A stretch of DNA of 64,000 bases from Sminthopsis crassicaudata (Eukaryota), in the NCBI RefSeq assembly GCF_048593235.1, contig NC_133617.1:8561607-8625606 (forward strand), written 5' to 3'. Under the pieces are notes generated by a model. The model saw only the letters and a program-made list of their open reading frames with translations, searched no databases and had not been told where the DNA came from. Positions 1 to 34,538 of the stretch are shown piece after piece; the first letter of the stretch is position 1; each line of letters starts with the position of its first letter. Both the position numbers and the translations under genes were made by a program.

Positions 1-761
1 AGCCGGTGCCTCTGGCTGATGTCACAGTCCTGGAGAGGAGGGAACCCCAGGCTCCCAGAGCTACCTCAATCCTTCGGGGGGGTCAGGGAAGGCGTGAGTC
101 TTATGGAGAAGAGGAGAAGTGGTCAGCCACAACCGGTCAGAAAGTCCAGTGTCGGAGTCCCCGGAGCAGCGGCCGAAGAGGACAGAGCCAGGACATCCTC
201 ATCCAGACCGGGAGGAGCCAAGTCCCTGGAGGGGGCAGGAGCCGGGAGGATCCACAGGCGGGGACACGTAAATGGGAAGTCTCCCAGCCAGGTTCCGAAA
301 GACCAGCCAGAGAAGGGAGAGGGCGGGTGGTCGGGTGCGCTCAGGGAAAGATGCCCGACTTCCGCAGGAAAGAAGGCGCGGTTCTGGCCTCGGCCCTGAC
401 CAGAGCTCTCGGCTAAGGGACCCTGGGCTGAGGAGGCTCCATGAGTGAGGAAGGCCTGGGCCCTCGCCATCTGAAGAAGAGACCGCTGGGGAGGTGGCCA
501 AGGGTAGAAGGAGGCTGGGCGCCGGAGGGCCGGGCTTCAGGACACATCCCAGGAGGCTCAGATGGGCGGCATGGGTCTAAGCCAAGCCCAAGCTTCCCTT
601 TCACTATGAAATCCTGGGGAGGATGGAGACGGCGCCTCCGCTCCCGCTCGCGGGCGCTCACAAACCAAAAGAGTTCAGAGGAAGACTGGGAACAAGGCCA
701 GTGTGGCCCGTGCCCAACCTTGCTTCCCATCCCCCTCCACATGGGCAGAGCCAGCGCCTAC

Positions 762-4500
<3,739 letters not shown>

Positions 4501-4599
4501 CGCCCCGCCACCGTCCCTGCTTGACCATCAGTCTTGCCTCCATCCCCTTGCGCCTTCCATTCACCCCCCCCAAGTACACCATATACTCACTGAATGTAA

Positions 4600-5170
4600 A
4601 CCGGGTGATTACCCGGCATCCCCGACGGTCCATCAATCATCAGCCTCCATCCATCCCTTCTTCCAGCTGTCCATCCATCGTCCGTTCGTCCATCAGCTCT
4701 CCCTGCATCACCCGTCTCTTCTTCTATCAACCCACCATCCCTCCCTCCATCTTGTTTGTCCATCCCCCCATTAGCCCTATTTGTCCATCAAACTCATCAG
4801 CCCTCCCTCCATCCATCATTCTCCCCTCCCTCCATCCATCACTCTTGCCTCCCTCCATTCCTTCTTCCAGCGGTTCCATCTATTCATCTCTTCTCCTATT
4901 GTCCACCCATCATCCACTTGTCCATCCAAGCATGACCATCAGCCCTCCCTCCGTCTCTTCTGATCATCCATTCCTTCCAACTGTCCATCCTCCCATCTCT
5001 TCATTGGATTGTCCATTCATTCACGGTTTGTCCTTTCAGTCACCCCTTCTTCCGACGACCCACCCATTAGCTCTGTCATCGCACCCACCCACCCTCCATC
5101 CATCCCCCTGTAAGTACTCCACCCATCATCTCTTCTGTCCATCACTTCTACCCTTCTAACCACCCATCAT
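4600..5170. repeat. Degenerate (CCAT/TCCA)n pyrimidine-rich simple repeat
   Basis: Recurrent ccatcc/tccatc units. Confidence 0.8.
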
Positions 5171-5461
5171 TGGCTTCTCCATTTAGCAGACCTGCAGCTT
5201 AGCTGTGGTCGCAGCCCAAATGGGAGGCCGCGGCCCCTCTCGTGACTTCCTAAGTTATCTCTTGGCTTGGCCATCCCAAGCTACTCAGGAAGTTACAGAG
5301 AAGGTTCAGTATCCTCTAGAGGCTCCGGAATTGTCCATTCTATCCTTCTAAAGATTATTTTCTCTCCTAGTCCACCTTTCTCTGGAAATATTTTTGCTTA
5401 TTCCTCTACTTTTCCATTTTCACCTGCTACAGGTTCCTTCTTCCTCTACAATCCCCCCCCC

Positions 5462-5589
5462 CCCAGGCAATTGGGATTAGGTGACTTGCCCAGGGTCACA
5501 CAGCTAGGAAGTGTTAAGAGTCTAGATTTGACCCAGGTCCTCCTGACTTCAGGGCTGGTGCTCTCTCCACTGCGCCACCTAGCTGCCCC
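5462..5589 (-). mobile_element. WSINE1-like marsupial tRNA-derived SINE
   Basis: Reverse complement reads GGGGCAGCTAGGTGGCGCAGTGGAGAGAGCACCAGCCCTGAAGTCAGGAGGACCTGGG...CTAGCTGTGTGACCCTGGGCAAGTCACC. Confidence 0.85.
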
Positions 5590-5759
5590 TACAGTCTGAT
5601 GACTAAACTTTTCCCACCGAATGAGCATCTTGCCAGAAACCTCCTTGCTCTCATCCCCGAGGATCTGAAGTCCCCCTCCTGGCTCTGACCCGCCTTCCCC
5701 AAGTGCACAGCACAGCAGGCGACACACGACCAAGTTTCTGAAAGATGGGTCAATTTCAG

Positions 5760-5765
5760 TTTATT
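5760..5765 (-). terminator. Candidate SMPD4 polyadenylation signal AATAAA
   Basis: First minus-strand AATAAA I found after the stop codon; implies a ~3.3 kb 3' UTR. Not verified. Confidence 0.35.
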
Positions 5766-7489
5766 GATCTGAACTTTGTGTTGCTCGGTCATAATACTGG
5801 GGAGGGGGGCGCGGGGCGGATTTAACAAGATCGTTTCCTCATTGATTAAAGGCTCCTGATTTGGTGCACATCCTGGAGATAACAGAGATTAGGAAAACCA
5901 TCATCTTCTGTGCCTCTGTTCCCTCTTCGGTAAAATGAAGAGTTGAACTACCTCCCCTCTTCCATCTTGTTAGCTGTTCTAATGGGAATCGGTAGCTCGG
6001 AAATTTGTGTTTGGGGGGTTACCAAACACAGGACTTTAAAAACTTTGCGTTTCTGAATATCTAGTCTGCTTCACTGATTTAGTTTTATCAATTATTTTGA
6101 GGAATACTGCCATGTAAATTTGAAATTTCACGAAAGTAATAACCAGAATATAAAAAGTCACGTCACATCCTAAACAATCTCGAAGGGAATAGGATTGGAC
6201 ACCACTTTTATACTCGTGGGTAGCGTGAGAGTATGAGAAAAAAGATCAACCCTTCTGACTACATGCAATTTTAAAAAGCACCTATATGTATGAAACCAAT
6301 CTTGACACGGGAATCAGAACGGGGAGAGGACTTGCATTTAACATCACTGATGAGTTAGCTACCCAAGATACATGGGATTGATCCACTTAAGAATCATTTT
6401 CCAAAAGCGTTCCAAGAACTGGAAATTTTCAGAAGAAAATGTACAAACTATTAATGGTCCCCTCATTAAGAAGGGTTTGGAGCTACCCCTATGGTCTCAC
6501 TGGAATAGGGAACTCTCAGGTGAAGAAAACGCCTAGAAACACAGGGTGGCCCTCGAGAAGTTCAATGACGTGTCGGCGACCAGACTCAAACCCTGATTTT
6601 CCCCATCTTCAAGACTGGCTCTCTCCATGGTACCAGATGCTCCTGATGAGTTATTAGATGAAGCCAGCCCTGGCATCTCCCCGTTACACACCAACTGGGG
6701 AAAATGAAAAGGATGCGAATATTGAGTGCCCGAGGGGTGGCGTCGGAACCGCACCGCCGTGTCCTCGACCCAGCGCCCCTTTTCAGTTTTGGATTATCTA
6801 AAAAGTGACTAACGTGTACTCTGAACCTGGATAATCTCACTGCTGGGCTTGGACTCCAGGGGAGTCCGGGACAGAAGCAAAGGCCCAATAGAAAACAGCA
6901 GCCCCGTGGGGCCCTTCGCCAAGAGCCTTTGGCTTTCACTCAATTTTCAAACACCTCCCTCCACTACCCAGGCAGCCATCCCTCACAATAGAGTTTTTAA
7001 AAAGAAACACTATGTCATCCGAGCCTGACTAGGCAGGCTGTGCTCACCACCGGGAGTCCCCCACCTCTTCTCCAGGGGTGGGCTGAGCCTGGCCCTGGTT
7101 GACACTGCTCTCCCACTCACTCCCTTCTGCATCAACTCGCTCCCGTCTCCCGTCTCTCCGAATCTACGTTCACGGCTTTTTATGGCATGGGACTGCTAGA
7201 GCACACCGTGTTTCCTGTTCTAGGAGGCTGCTCACCAACCAAAGAAAAGATGGTCCAAGAAAGGCCAGGTATGGGGTCAACGGGCGCTGGTGCAGAGAAA
7301 AGAGCAGGGGGAGGTCTGTGGCGAGGGCCAGAGAGCAGGCCACGGTCTTACTCGTCTCCACAGGAGAGGCAGGGGACTGCCAGGACAGAACACCGTCTCC
7401 CATGCCGGACAGGGTTTCTGAGCACGAAGAAAGTGCTCGATGTGGGAAGGGAGGATTACGAGAGGCAGCGTGACTGCAGGAAGCTCAGT

Positions 7490-7630
7490 CCTGGGGAAAC
7501 GGATTTAGATTATGGTTCTGCTGCTCCCATCTTGGAGAAGTAACCCTCTTCTCTAGACCTGTTTCGTCATCTGGAAAATGGGAGGATGCACAGACACACA
7601 GGGATCTCCAAAGTCCTTCCCGACATTCAA
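7490..7630 (+). mobile_element. MIR-family remnant
   Basis: ctctagacctgtttcgtcatctggaaaatgggagg CORE-like motif. Confidence 0.5.
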
Positions 7631-9093
7631 CACTACAATTCTCTGTTGTTCTTGTTTCTACTATGACCTGGATATTAAAATGCCTGGTCCCTGACCCAGA
7701 ATCCTCAGAGTCCTGGAGACAATGAGGACAGTGGACCTTCTGTGCTGACCGTGCCCTTCAAGGAGTGGGGTTGGCTTGGGTATTTGCAGAGAGAACGCTG
7801 CGACTTCCGTTCCTGCTGCTCAAAAGTGAGATCACGCATCCCATCACGCAAGCTCGGGGCTGGAAGAACCTTCACAGGAAACAGCCTGACAGCCTGGGTT
7901 CAGCACAGCTTGGACCATGCTCTTAGATAAACGCCCCCGAACCCCCCAAACGCATCATCTAAGGCTTCAACCTGCGGTTTGATTTCTCTTTTCTGAGTGT
8001 GAAACTTCCAGCAGAATACGTCTTTGGTTTTATAATGGAAACCCAGAGGGGACTTGGGACTCGCACAAGAAAAAGCTCCCTTGGCACAAGTGCGCCGGAA
8101 CCCGGCACTGTCTGGCCCAGAGGGACACCCAAGAGTCCCAACTGGGCGAGAAATCGCTTCTAAATAGACGAGCCACAAAGGCCAGACACTGCACCCCCGG
8201 TGACCGCGGGCTCGGATCCTGCCGTCTCACGGGCTTTCCCGAGGATGTTCAAAGAAGTAAAAACCATTCTGGACGCCGGAACGTGACCAAGGCGACCAGG
8301 CTGGGGAGGCGCTTGAGCCCCTTCTCTAAAAAGGTTGGTTCGTATGCACAAAATGATGGATCAGTGACATCTGAGCAAAACTGCTCCCCCCTGGGTGAGG
8401 GAAAAGGCAGGAGAGGGGAGGGGGAGAAGGCATGCCCCCATCTTGGCAGACCAGGGAAATTCACGTATAGGTGGGCAGGTGCCCACTGTGGATTTTGAGC
8501 GGGAAATGTCTCTCCCCGACCCTGGCTCTTCGGCCTTCCTCCCTGCCCTCCGTCCCCAGGTCCCAAACGGGACTGGAGGATGTACGTGCCCATCCCTGTG
8601 GCTTTTTGGGTCACGAGGGTGTGAACCCGACAGGATAAAATCTGAGAGGACAAGAAACGGCCCGACGCATCTCCATCCCCGTCATTCATGGAACATCCAG
8701 AACCTCGGGCTCAGAACGAGGCCGCCCCGACAAGCAGAGCAGGAGGAGAGGATGTTGGGAGAGGCAGCAGCCGGGCCCTGCCCGCTGTTGCCTCACAAAC
8801 GTGGGTTGGCTTAGTCCAGTCTCCCTGAGCCCTTGCTGCCCATCACGGCACAAGGACGCCCCTGAAACACGAGCCGGACGCCACTGCAGGAAGCGTCCAA
8901 CGCGCCATGAGGCAGGCTCCATGGTCGGCCTCGTCCCTCAGGGCTTCTGCGCATCCACACAAGGCTGATGTGTCTACACCCCTCCTTCCAGCTGCCCCAC
9001 GCAAAGCGGCTTTGCGAGTGTGCACGGCTGTATTAGTAAAAAAATACATCACGAGAGGTGTGCCCGCGGGCCGCAGGGCCGGCGCCGGGCCGC

Positions 9094-28157
<19,064 letters not shown>

Positions 28158-28204
28158 GACGGCCCCCCGGGGAGACGCCCGCGCGCTGGCGTTTCAGGAA
28201 AGCG
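28158..28204 (-). other. SMPD4: SMPD4 5' UTR part of the first coding exon
   Basis: Acceptor ctgtctcggttttccgcag at 28205-28207, upstream of the ATG. Confidence 0.65.
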
Positions 28205-30409
28205 CTGCGGAAAACCGAGACAGCGTTCAGGCTGACCCCGAGTCACCGACGTCTCCGTCTCTGCTGGCCGGCGCCCAGGGGACCCACTCTGGCCCGTGGG
28301 GGAGGCCCCGGGGAGAACGTGGGAGCCCCGCCCCCCCAGCTCCCCCGCCCCTCTGGGTAAGGCGGCTCAGCCCTCTCCCCTCTCTCTGCCCCAGTGGGGC
28401 CTCCATTCTGCCCCCTGCTGGCCGGGAGAGCCCAGAGCAGGACTCCAGGCGGGCGCTCCAGCCGAGGTGGGGGGGGGGGAAGGTCGGGAGGAAGGAGCCC
28501 CCCCCCCCCTCGGCTGACCAAGTCCAGTGGAAAGGCTCAGCCCGGCCTCGGAGGCTGCTCGGGGCCCGGCATCCGCCCAGACCTCGGCCACCCCAGGAAG
28601 ACCCCGACACCCCAGAAAGAATGCTGCCCCGGGGCCGCGCGGCACGGACACTGCCCCCTGGTGGTGGGACCTCCTGCAAGCAGAGCGGCTCAGTCCCAGC
28701 GGCCCCACAGCACAGGGCCGGGGTCTCCCCGGGCTGCGAGGGGGGGGTCTCTCCAGGTTGGAAGCCCCCCCTCAGTGCCTCAGGCCTCCAGAATCCACCC
28801 CAGGGGGGGGAGGGAGGGGGACAGAGTGGGGGCGGGGCCGGGGGGGGGACGGACTGCGCACGTGGCCGCACAGAAAGTTTACCTCCGGGCCCTTTTTTGG
28901 GGGTGCTCTTCAGAGTCACGTGGGAATGGGGGCCGTTAGGGTTCAGGAGCATAACTGAGTCGGGGCCAGGCCTCTCAGCGGGGACCCCATGCTCCCCCCA
29001 AAACGGGCGAGGGGGCCCGGTCCCCCCGAAATCCCGCCGGCGGGGGGAGGGGCGAGGGGGCGGGACCTCACAATGGGCCCGGGGGCGTGCCCCGCCCGGC
29101 CCGCGGCGTTCCGACCGCCTGGGCCGGGGGCTGCCGGGGGCGCGCGTCTCAGAGTCCCGGAGCCTCGCCGCGGGGGGCAGGGGCGGTACTCTCAGGATGG
29201 GGGGCCGCGGCCCCCCTCACAAGAGGGCACGGCCGCTGTCTCGGAGCTCCAGGGGGCAGGGGGCGTGCCCCACCCTGGAATGAGAGGGTTCTGACCCCCT
29301 CCCAGTGGGGGCGGGGAGGCGCGGCTCCCACGAATGGGGGTCCTGGCTCCCCGTCGGAACGCGGCGCGGGCTCCACGTTTGCTCACCTGCAGGCCCAGCT
29401 GCCGGAGCCGCTTCCCCGCCAGTCCCAGCCGCCATCCCAAGAAACCCGGGTCGCGTTCGCTGACGTCATCAACCCGCGCGACAAGCCCCGCCTCCCGAAA
29501 TGGCGGGAAGAGGCCAAAGGCTCGCCCTCTGCGCCGGCGGAGAACCGCTCGGGGTGCGCGTGCGTACTCAGCGCTCCGGCCTCGGTTGGACTCCCCTTCC
29601 GCCTCCGCCCCTTCTCGCCTTACGCTGGCGCCCCGGCGCCCCGCTTGCGGGAGGGGAGAGGGGGAGGGCCCGAGTTCCTTACTGCGCGGGCGCAGAAAGG
29701 GCCTTTCCCTGGGCTGCCAAGAGGCTGCTAGCCTGGCTTCCGCGGGCGGTGCTCGTCCCCGGGCTCGGGATCGCGGAGCTGGAGCGGAGGCGGGGCCCGG
29801 CGGCGGGCCCGGCTTGCTGCGACGTCCTCACCCGCTTACCTCGCTGGGCTCCCGGGCGGAGTCCCTGAATCCAACGCGGAGCGGGGCCCGAGGGGCCCTT
29901 CCCCCGCCTCCTGCCCCCTCCCGTCTCCAGGCCTTTGCTCCAGCCGTGCCGGACGCCCGGCAGAGCGAGCGCGGCGGCTTTTACACAGGCGGGAAACGAG
30001 GCGCAGACGCGGGGCAGACGCCAGACCTCGGGCTCCGGGCCCGCGACTCCAGCCGGGCGGCGGCCTCACGGCCCCTTCCTTCCAGGCTCGCCGAGACCCC
30101 CCGTGTTCCAGGAGGCGCCTTTCACTCAGCCTCCGAAATGTTCCGAGCCCTTCCGGGGCTCTCCTTTGTCCTAGGAGGAAATAGAAAATAAATGACGTTT
30201 TACGGGAGGGCGCGGGGCCTGGAAACTGCGTGTGAGCTGCTGCTTCAAAGCACCCGCCTGTCGTGTGCCCATCTTGGACCTCCCTGCGCCTCAGCCCGGA
30301 CCGCCAGGCCCGAGCGCGCCTCTCACCGCACTTAGCACCGCGGGGCAGCGGGAGGTGACGTCACTGTTTGGGAACTGAGTCATCTACTTGAATAAAAAGC
30401 AGAGATAGG

Positions 30410-30610
30410 AAGGAATTTATTAAGCACCTACTATGTGTCCGGCTGGTAGATCTTCTACAAACATTATTTGTTTAATCCCAGAGAAACCCTAGGAGGCGGC
30501 TTCTGGTATCCTTATTGTGGAAACTGAGGCTGGCAGCTAAGTGACTCGTCTAGGGTCCTGCAGTTAGGACGCATGGCTTTCTTGTTCCAAGTCCACCTGT
30601 CTTTATCATA
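30410..30610 (-). mobile_element. MIR/L2-derived remnant
   Basis: atttattaagcacctactatgtgtcc and gaaactgaggctggcagctaagtgact motifs. Confidence 0.55.
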
Positions 30611-30769
30611 GTTTTAGAGGACGGGAAAGTGGAAGAGAGATGGCCAGTACGTGGCCGGGGCCTTCTGGAGCATCCCTCCTGGGGAGCGGTCAGCCATCTT
30701 TCTTTGTCTGCATTTACCCCTCCCCGTGCACATTCAGGGCTCGGCTCCTTTTTTATAGATTTTCCTCAG

Positions 30770-30880
30770 AGAACGGAAGCCCCTTGAAGGCAGGGATTGC
30801 TTGTATTTGAATCCTCCGGCATTTAGCAAGGTGCCGGTAACCAAGAATTGCTTGTGGGCCGGCTCTCCTGGATGGATGAA
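30770..30880 (+). mobile_element. L2 3' end remnant
   Basis: cccttgaaggcagggattgcttgtatttgaatcctccggcatttagcaaggtgcc. Confidence 0.55.
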
Positions 30881-31529
30881 TTGATGGTATAAAAAAAAAA
30901 GTCTGAAAGGATGGCTTGAAGGAAGAGGTATCAGTTCAAAAAGTCAATTTCCAAAGTCAGATATCTGCGGCCAGATAACGGCCCGGAGGCTGACTAGCTG
31001 CGGGGAAATTCCCAGAAACCCACGCTCCAGATAGGGAGGAGTCTGGGGGGGGGGGAACTGTGTGTGTTTAGCTGCCAGAGGAAACAGGTGTCAGAAGGGC
31101 TGGCTGGTGGGGGGGGGGGAAGGGTCAGGTGTGTTCTACTTGGGAGATGGGGCCTAGCGATCACAGGCATCAGACGGCGGCAGAGTTGGACCATCCTGGC
31201 TGCCCGGGCTTAACAGAAAGGCCTCTCCGCTCTCCCTGAGGGGTCCCAAGATCGCCGCGTCCCTTTGAGGTAGATCTAAGAGCGGGAGGTCCCGGCACTA
31301 GTCCTAGGAAGCAGCCAGGAGGTCCCGGGATAGAGAACCGGACCTGCCCTCACGATAGACTCTACTTCGAATCCCCTGCAGACCCTTATCATGTGCCTGG
31401 GTTTCCTTAGCTGTAAAGTGGGGATGTACAGAAGCAGCTCCCGGGGCTGCTGCGAAGATCATGTGCCAGTAAAGTGAAAACTTAAAGGGCTCCAGAAATT
31501 CTGGCCTGGATCAAAGCTGCCTCTCCCCA

Positions 31530-33400
31530 CTACACGTTAGGCGTCCGGGCAGGGCCCACGCAGGGCTAATGGGCCCTGCTCGCAGCGCCGGTTCCGGCCC
31601 GCGCTGTCCCTGAGGCGGAAAGTCCGCTCTCTGGGACGGGGCCGGTGCGGAGCCCAGCACCTGGTAAGCCAGCGCGTGCCCGAGGAAGAGTTTGCGGATG
31701 GACCGGGCCAGCTCTGCACCTCAGGGCGGGGAGTGGGCCGGTACTTGTGGGAGGGACCCGCCCCGCAGCGGGGCAGCGGAGCGGGAGCCCGGGGGCGGAG
31801 CCTCGGGGAATGACGCAAGACTAGCGGCTTCTGAGGGGCGGGGCCTGGTGTAGGGGGCGGGACTGGCGCTGCCAGGCTACCTCCGGGTTGGGCCCGGGTA
31901 TGGAGGCGGGGCCTCAGAGGCACTGACGCGCGGCTAGCGGTTTTCCGAGAAGCGTGGTCTAGCCTGGGGGCGGGACCGACATTGCCGGGCTGCCTCTGTA
32001 TTGGCTCCAGATGCTGGGGGCGAGTCCCCTGCAGAACAGGGCGTGCCTAAGTCTGGGCTGAAGCGCAAGGTGTCTAGGCCCAGGCCCGGATGGCGGCGGC
32101 GGCAGCGGCGACGACGGCGGCAGGGGGTGGGGGTGCGGCAGGCCCTGGGGCCGGTCCCGGAGGAGGCCCCGGGGCGGGCGGACCGGGGCCTGGCCCTCCG
32201 GGACTGGAGGCTGCGATCCAGAAGCTGGCGCTGCGGCGGAAGAAGGTTCTCAATGCCGAGGAGACTGAGCTCTACGAGCTGGCCCTGGCGGCCGGGGGAG
32301 CCATAGACCCCGACGTCTTCAAGTGAGCGGGGGCGGGGCGGGGGGCGGAGGGGAAGGGAACGGGGCCCGGCCCCGGAGAGAGCGGCCGGTGAGAGGAGGG
32401 GTGGCGGAGGGAGCGGCCCGGGCACTCGGGGAGGCACTAAGCGGGGGCGCTGCTGGAGACAGAGCCCGGGCCCGGGGCGGGAGGGATGGAGGGGACTGGG
32501 CTCCCGGGGAGCGGCGCCGGGGGAGGGGCCCTGCCCTGTCAGCGTCCCCTATTGGCCAGAAGCCCAGCGAGGACCTGGGTTCCAGTCTCCCTCCCAGACC
32601 CCCCGGGCCCGGCCTCGCCGCCTCAGAGACGTCCCGGGCCGCGGCCCCGGCGGCTTTCACTCCGGGAGGGATCCCTGGGGGGGAAAGTCCCGGCCGGCCG
32701 AGGGGCTCAGTCGGCGCCGTCTGACTCACAATAACCCGGGGCAGCGGCTGCCGTGGCCCCATCAGTGAAGGAGCAAACGGAGTCAGGCCGGTGGCCCAGC
32801 CCCCAGGGCCGCTTCAGGCCCAAGCCCCCCCCCCCCCCCCGGGCAGCGAGGCCGCCGCCCTGAAGCCCCCGCCGGCTGTTAAATTGTCCGCACGCATCGG
32901 GCTTGACTTATTCCTTGGCTGATTGTCTGGACTTAAGGGCTGGAAAACTGTTTTGAAAAGCCCTGGGAATGGGGTGGGGGAACAACGCTGCTAAGCATTT
33001 CCCAGCATCCCCCCTCCGTGTTTTGCATAGCGGACAAGGTGTTTTCCACACCTGGGGGGGGGCAGGTGTTGCTAAGAGCCCGTGCCTCCCGCAGCCTCCC
33101 GCAGCGCCCCCTCTTTGCCAGGCGGGGAGCGGGCCCGGCCGCAAGGTCAGGAGTAAGGCGGCTCCTGCCCTCAGGAAGCGCCCGTTCTACACCCCTGTCC
33201 TGTGCACACGGCATGAGAGCTGAGCCCCGCAGAGAAGCCTGGGATGGGGGGGTGGAGGGCGGGAGACCCCGGGAGGGGAGGGGGGCGGGGGGCCCCGGGC
33301 TGGCGGCCTCTGCCAGGACCAGGATAGAGAGGAGGGGGAGCAAGATGCCCGGGGTGTAAAACGAAAGTAGGCCCGCCCAGCGGTCACTCGTGTAGAGAGC
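31530..33400. promoter_or_regulatory. CpG island / MZT2 promoter and exon 1
   Basis: Dense CpG and GC boxes (ggggcgggg) around the MZT2 start codon. Confidence 0.7.
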
Positions 33401-34491
33401 CGTATGATCCGGCATGTACGCGGCCACCTGTGAATGTAGGAAGACGGGAACGGGGAGAGAAGCCACCAGAGCACGCGCACACACGGNNNNNNNNNNNNNN
33501 NNNNNNNNNNNNNNNNNNNNNNNNNNNNNNNNNNNNNNNNNNNNNNNNNNNNNNNNNNNNNNNNNNNNNNNNNNNNNNNNNNNNNNNNNNNNNNNNNNNN
33601 NNNNNNNNNNNNNNNNNNNNNNNNNNNNNNNNNNNNNNNNNNNNNNNNNNNNNNNNNNNNNNNNNNNNNNNNNNNNNNNNNNNNNNNNNNNNNNNNNNNN
33701 NNNNNNNNNNNNNNNNNNNNNNNNNNNNNNNNNNNNNNNNNNNNNNNNNNNNNNNNNNNNNNNNNNNNNNNNNNNNNNNNNNNNNNNNNNNNNNNNNNNN
33801 NNNNNNNNNNNNNNNNNNNNNNNNNNNNNNNNNNNNNNNNNNNNNNNNNNNNNNNNNNNNNNNNNNNNNNNNNNNNNNNNNNNNNNNNNNNNNNNNNNNN
33901 NNNNNNNNNNNNNNNNNNNNNNNNNNNNNNNNNNNNNNNNNNNNNNNNNNNNNNNNNNNNNNNNNNNNNNNNNNNNNNNNNNNNNNNNNNNNNNNNNNNN
34001 NNNNNNNNNNNNNNNNNNNNNNNNNNNNNNNNNNNNNNNNNNNNNNNNNNNNNNNNNNNNNNNNNNNNNNNNNNNNNNNNNNNNNNNNNNNNNNNNNNNN
34101 NNNNNNNNNNNNNNNNNNNNNNNNNNNNNNNNNNNNNNNNNNNNNNNNNNNNNNNNNNNNNNNNNNNNNNNNNNNNNNNNNNNNNNNNNNNNNNNNNNNN
34201 NNNNNNNNNNNNNNNNNNNNNNNNNNNNNNNNNNNNNNNNNNNNNNNNNNNNNNNNNNNNNNNNNNNNNNNNNNNNNNNNNNNNNNNNNNNNNNNNNNNN
34301 NNNNNNNNNNNNNNNNNNNNNNNNNNNNNNNNNNNNNNNNNNNNNNNNNNNNNNNNNNNNNNNNNNNNNNNNNNNNNNNNNNNNNNNNNNNNNNNNNNNN
34401 NNNNNNNNNNNNNNNNNNNNNNNNNNNNNNNNNNNNNNNNNNNNNNNNNNNNNNNNNNNNNNNNNNNNNNNNNNNTACACAGACACAGACT

Positions 34492-34538
<47 letters not shown>

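Noticed and set aside
1-501. Further CCDC74 exons
   Set aside because: Acceptor-like sites exist (near 30 and 432), but I could not find the conserved LRKPTTL/ELWNTN-like motifs, so none were called.
5880-6500. AT-rich island with a faint YMG...RSKNW resemblance to piggyBac transposase
   Set aside because: Motif spacing is wrong, multiple stops, no terminal repeats; the adjacent part is decayed MIR. It would need an HMM search.
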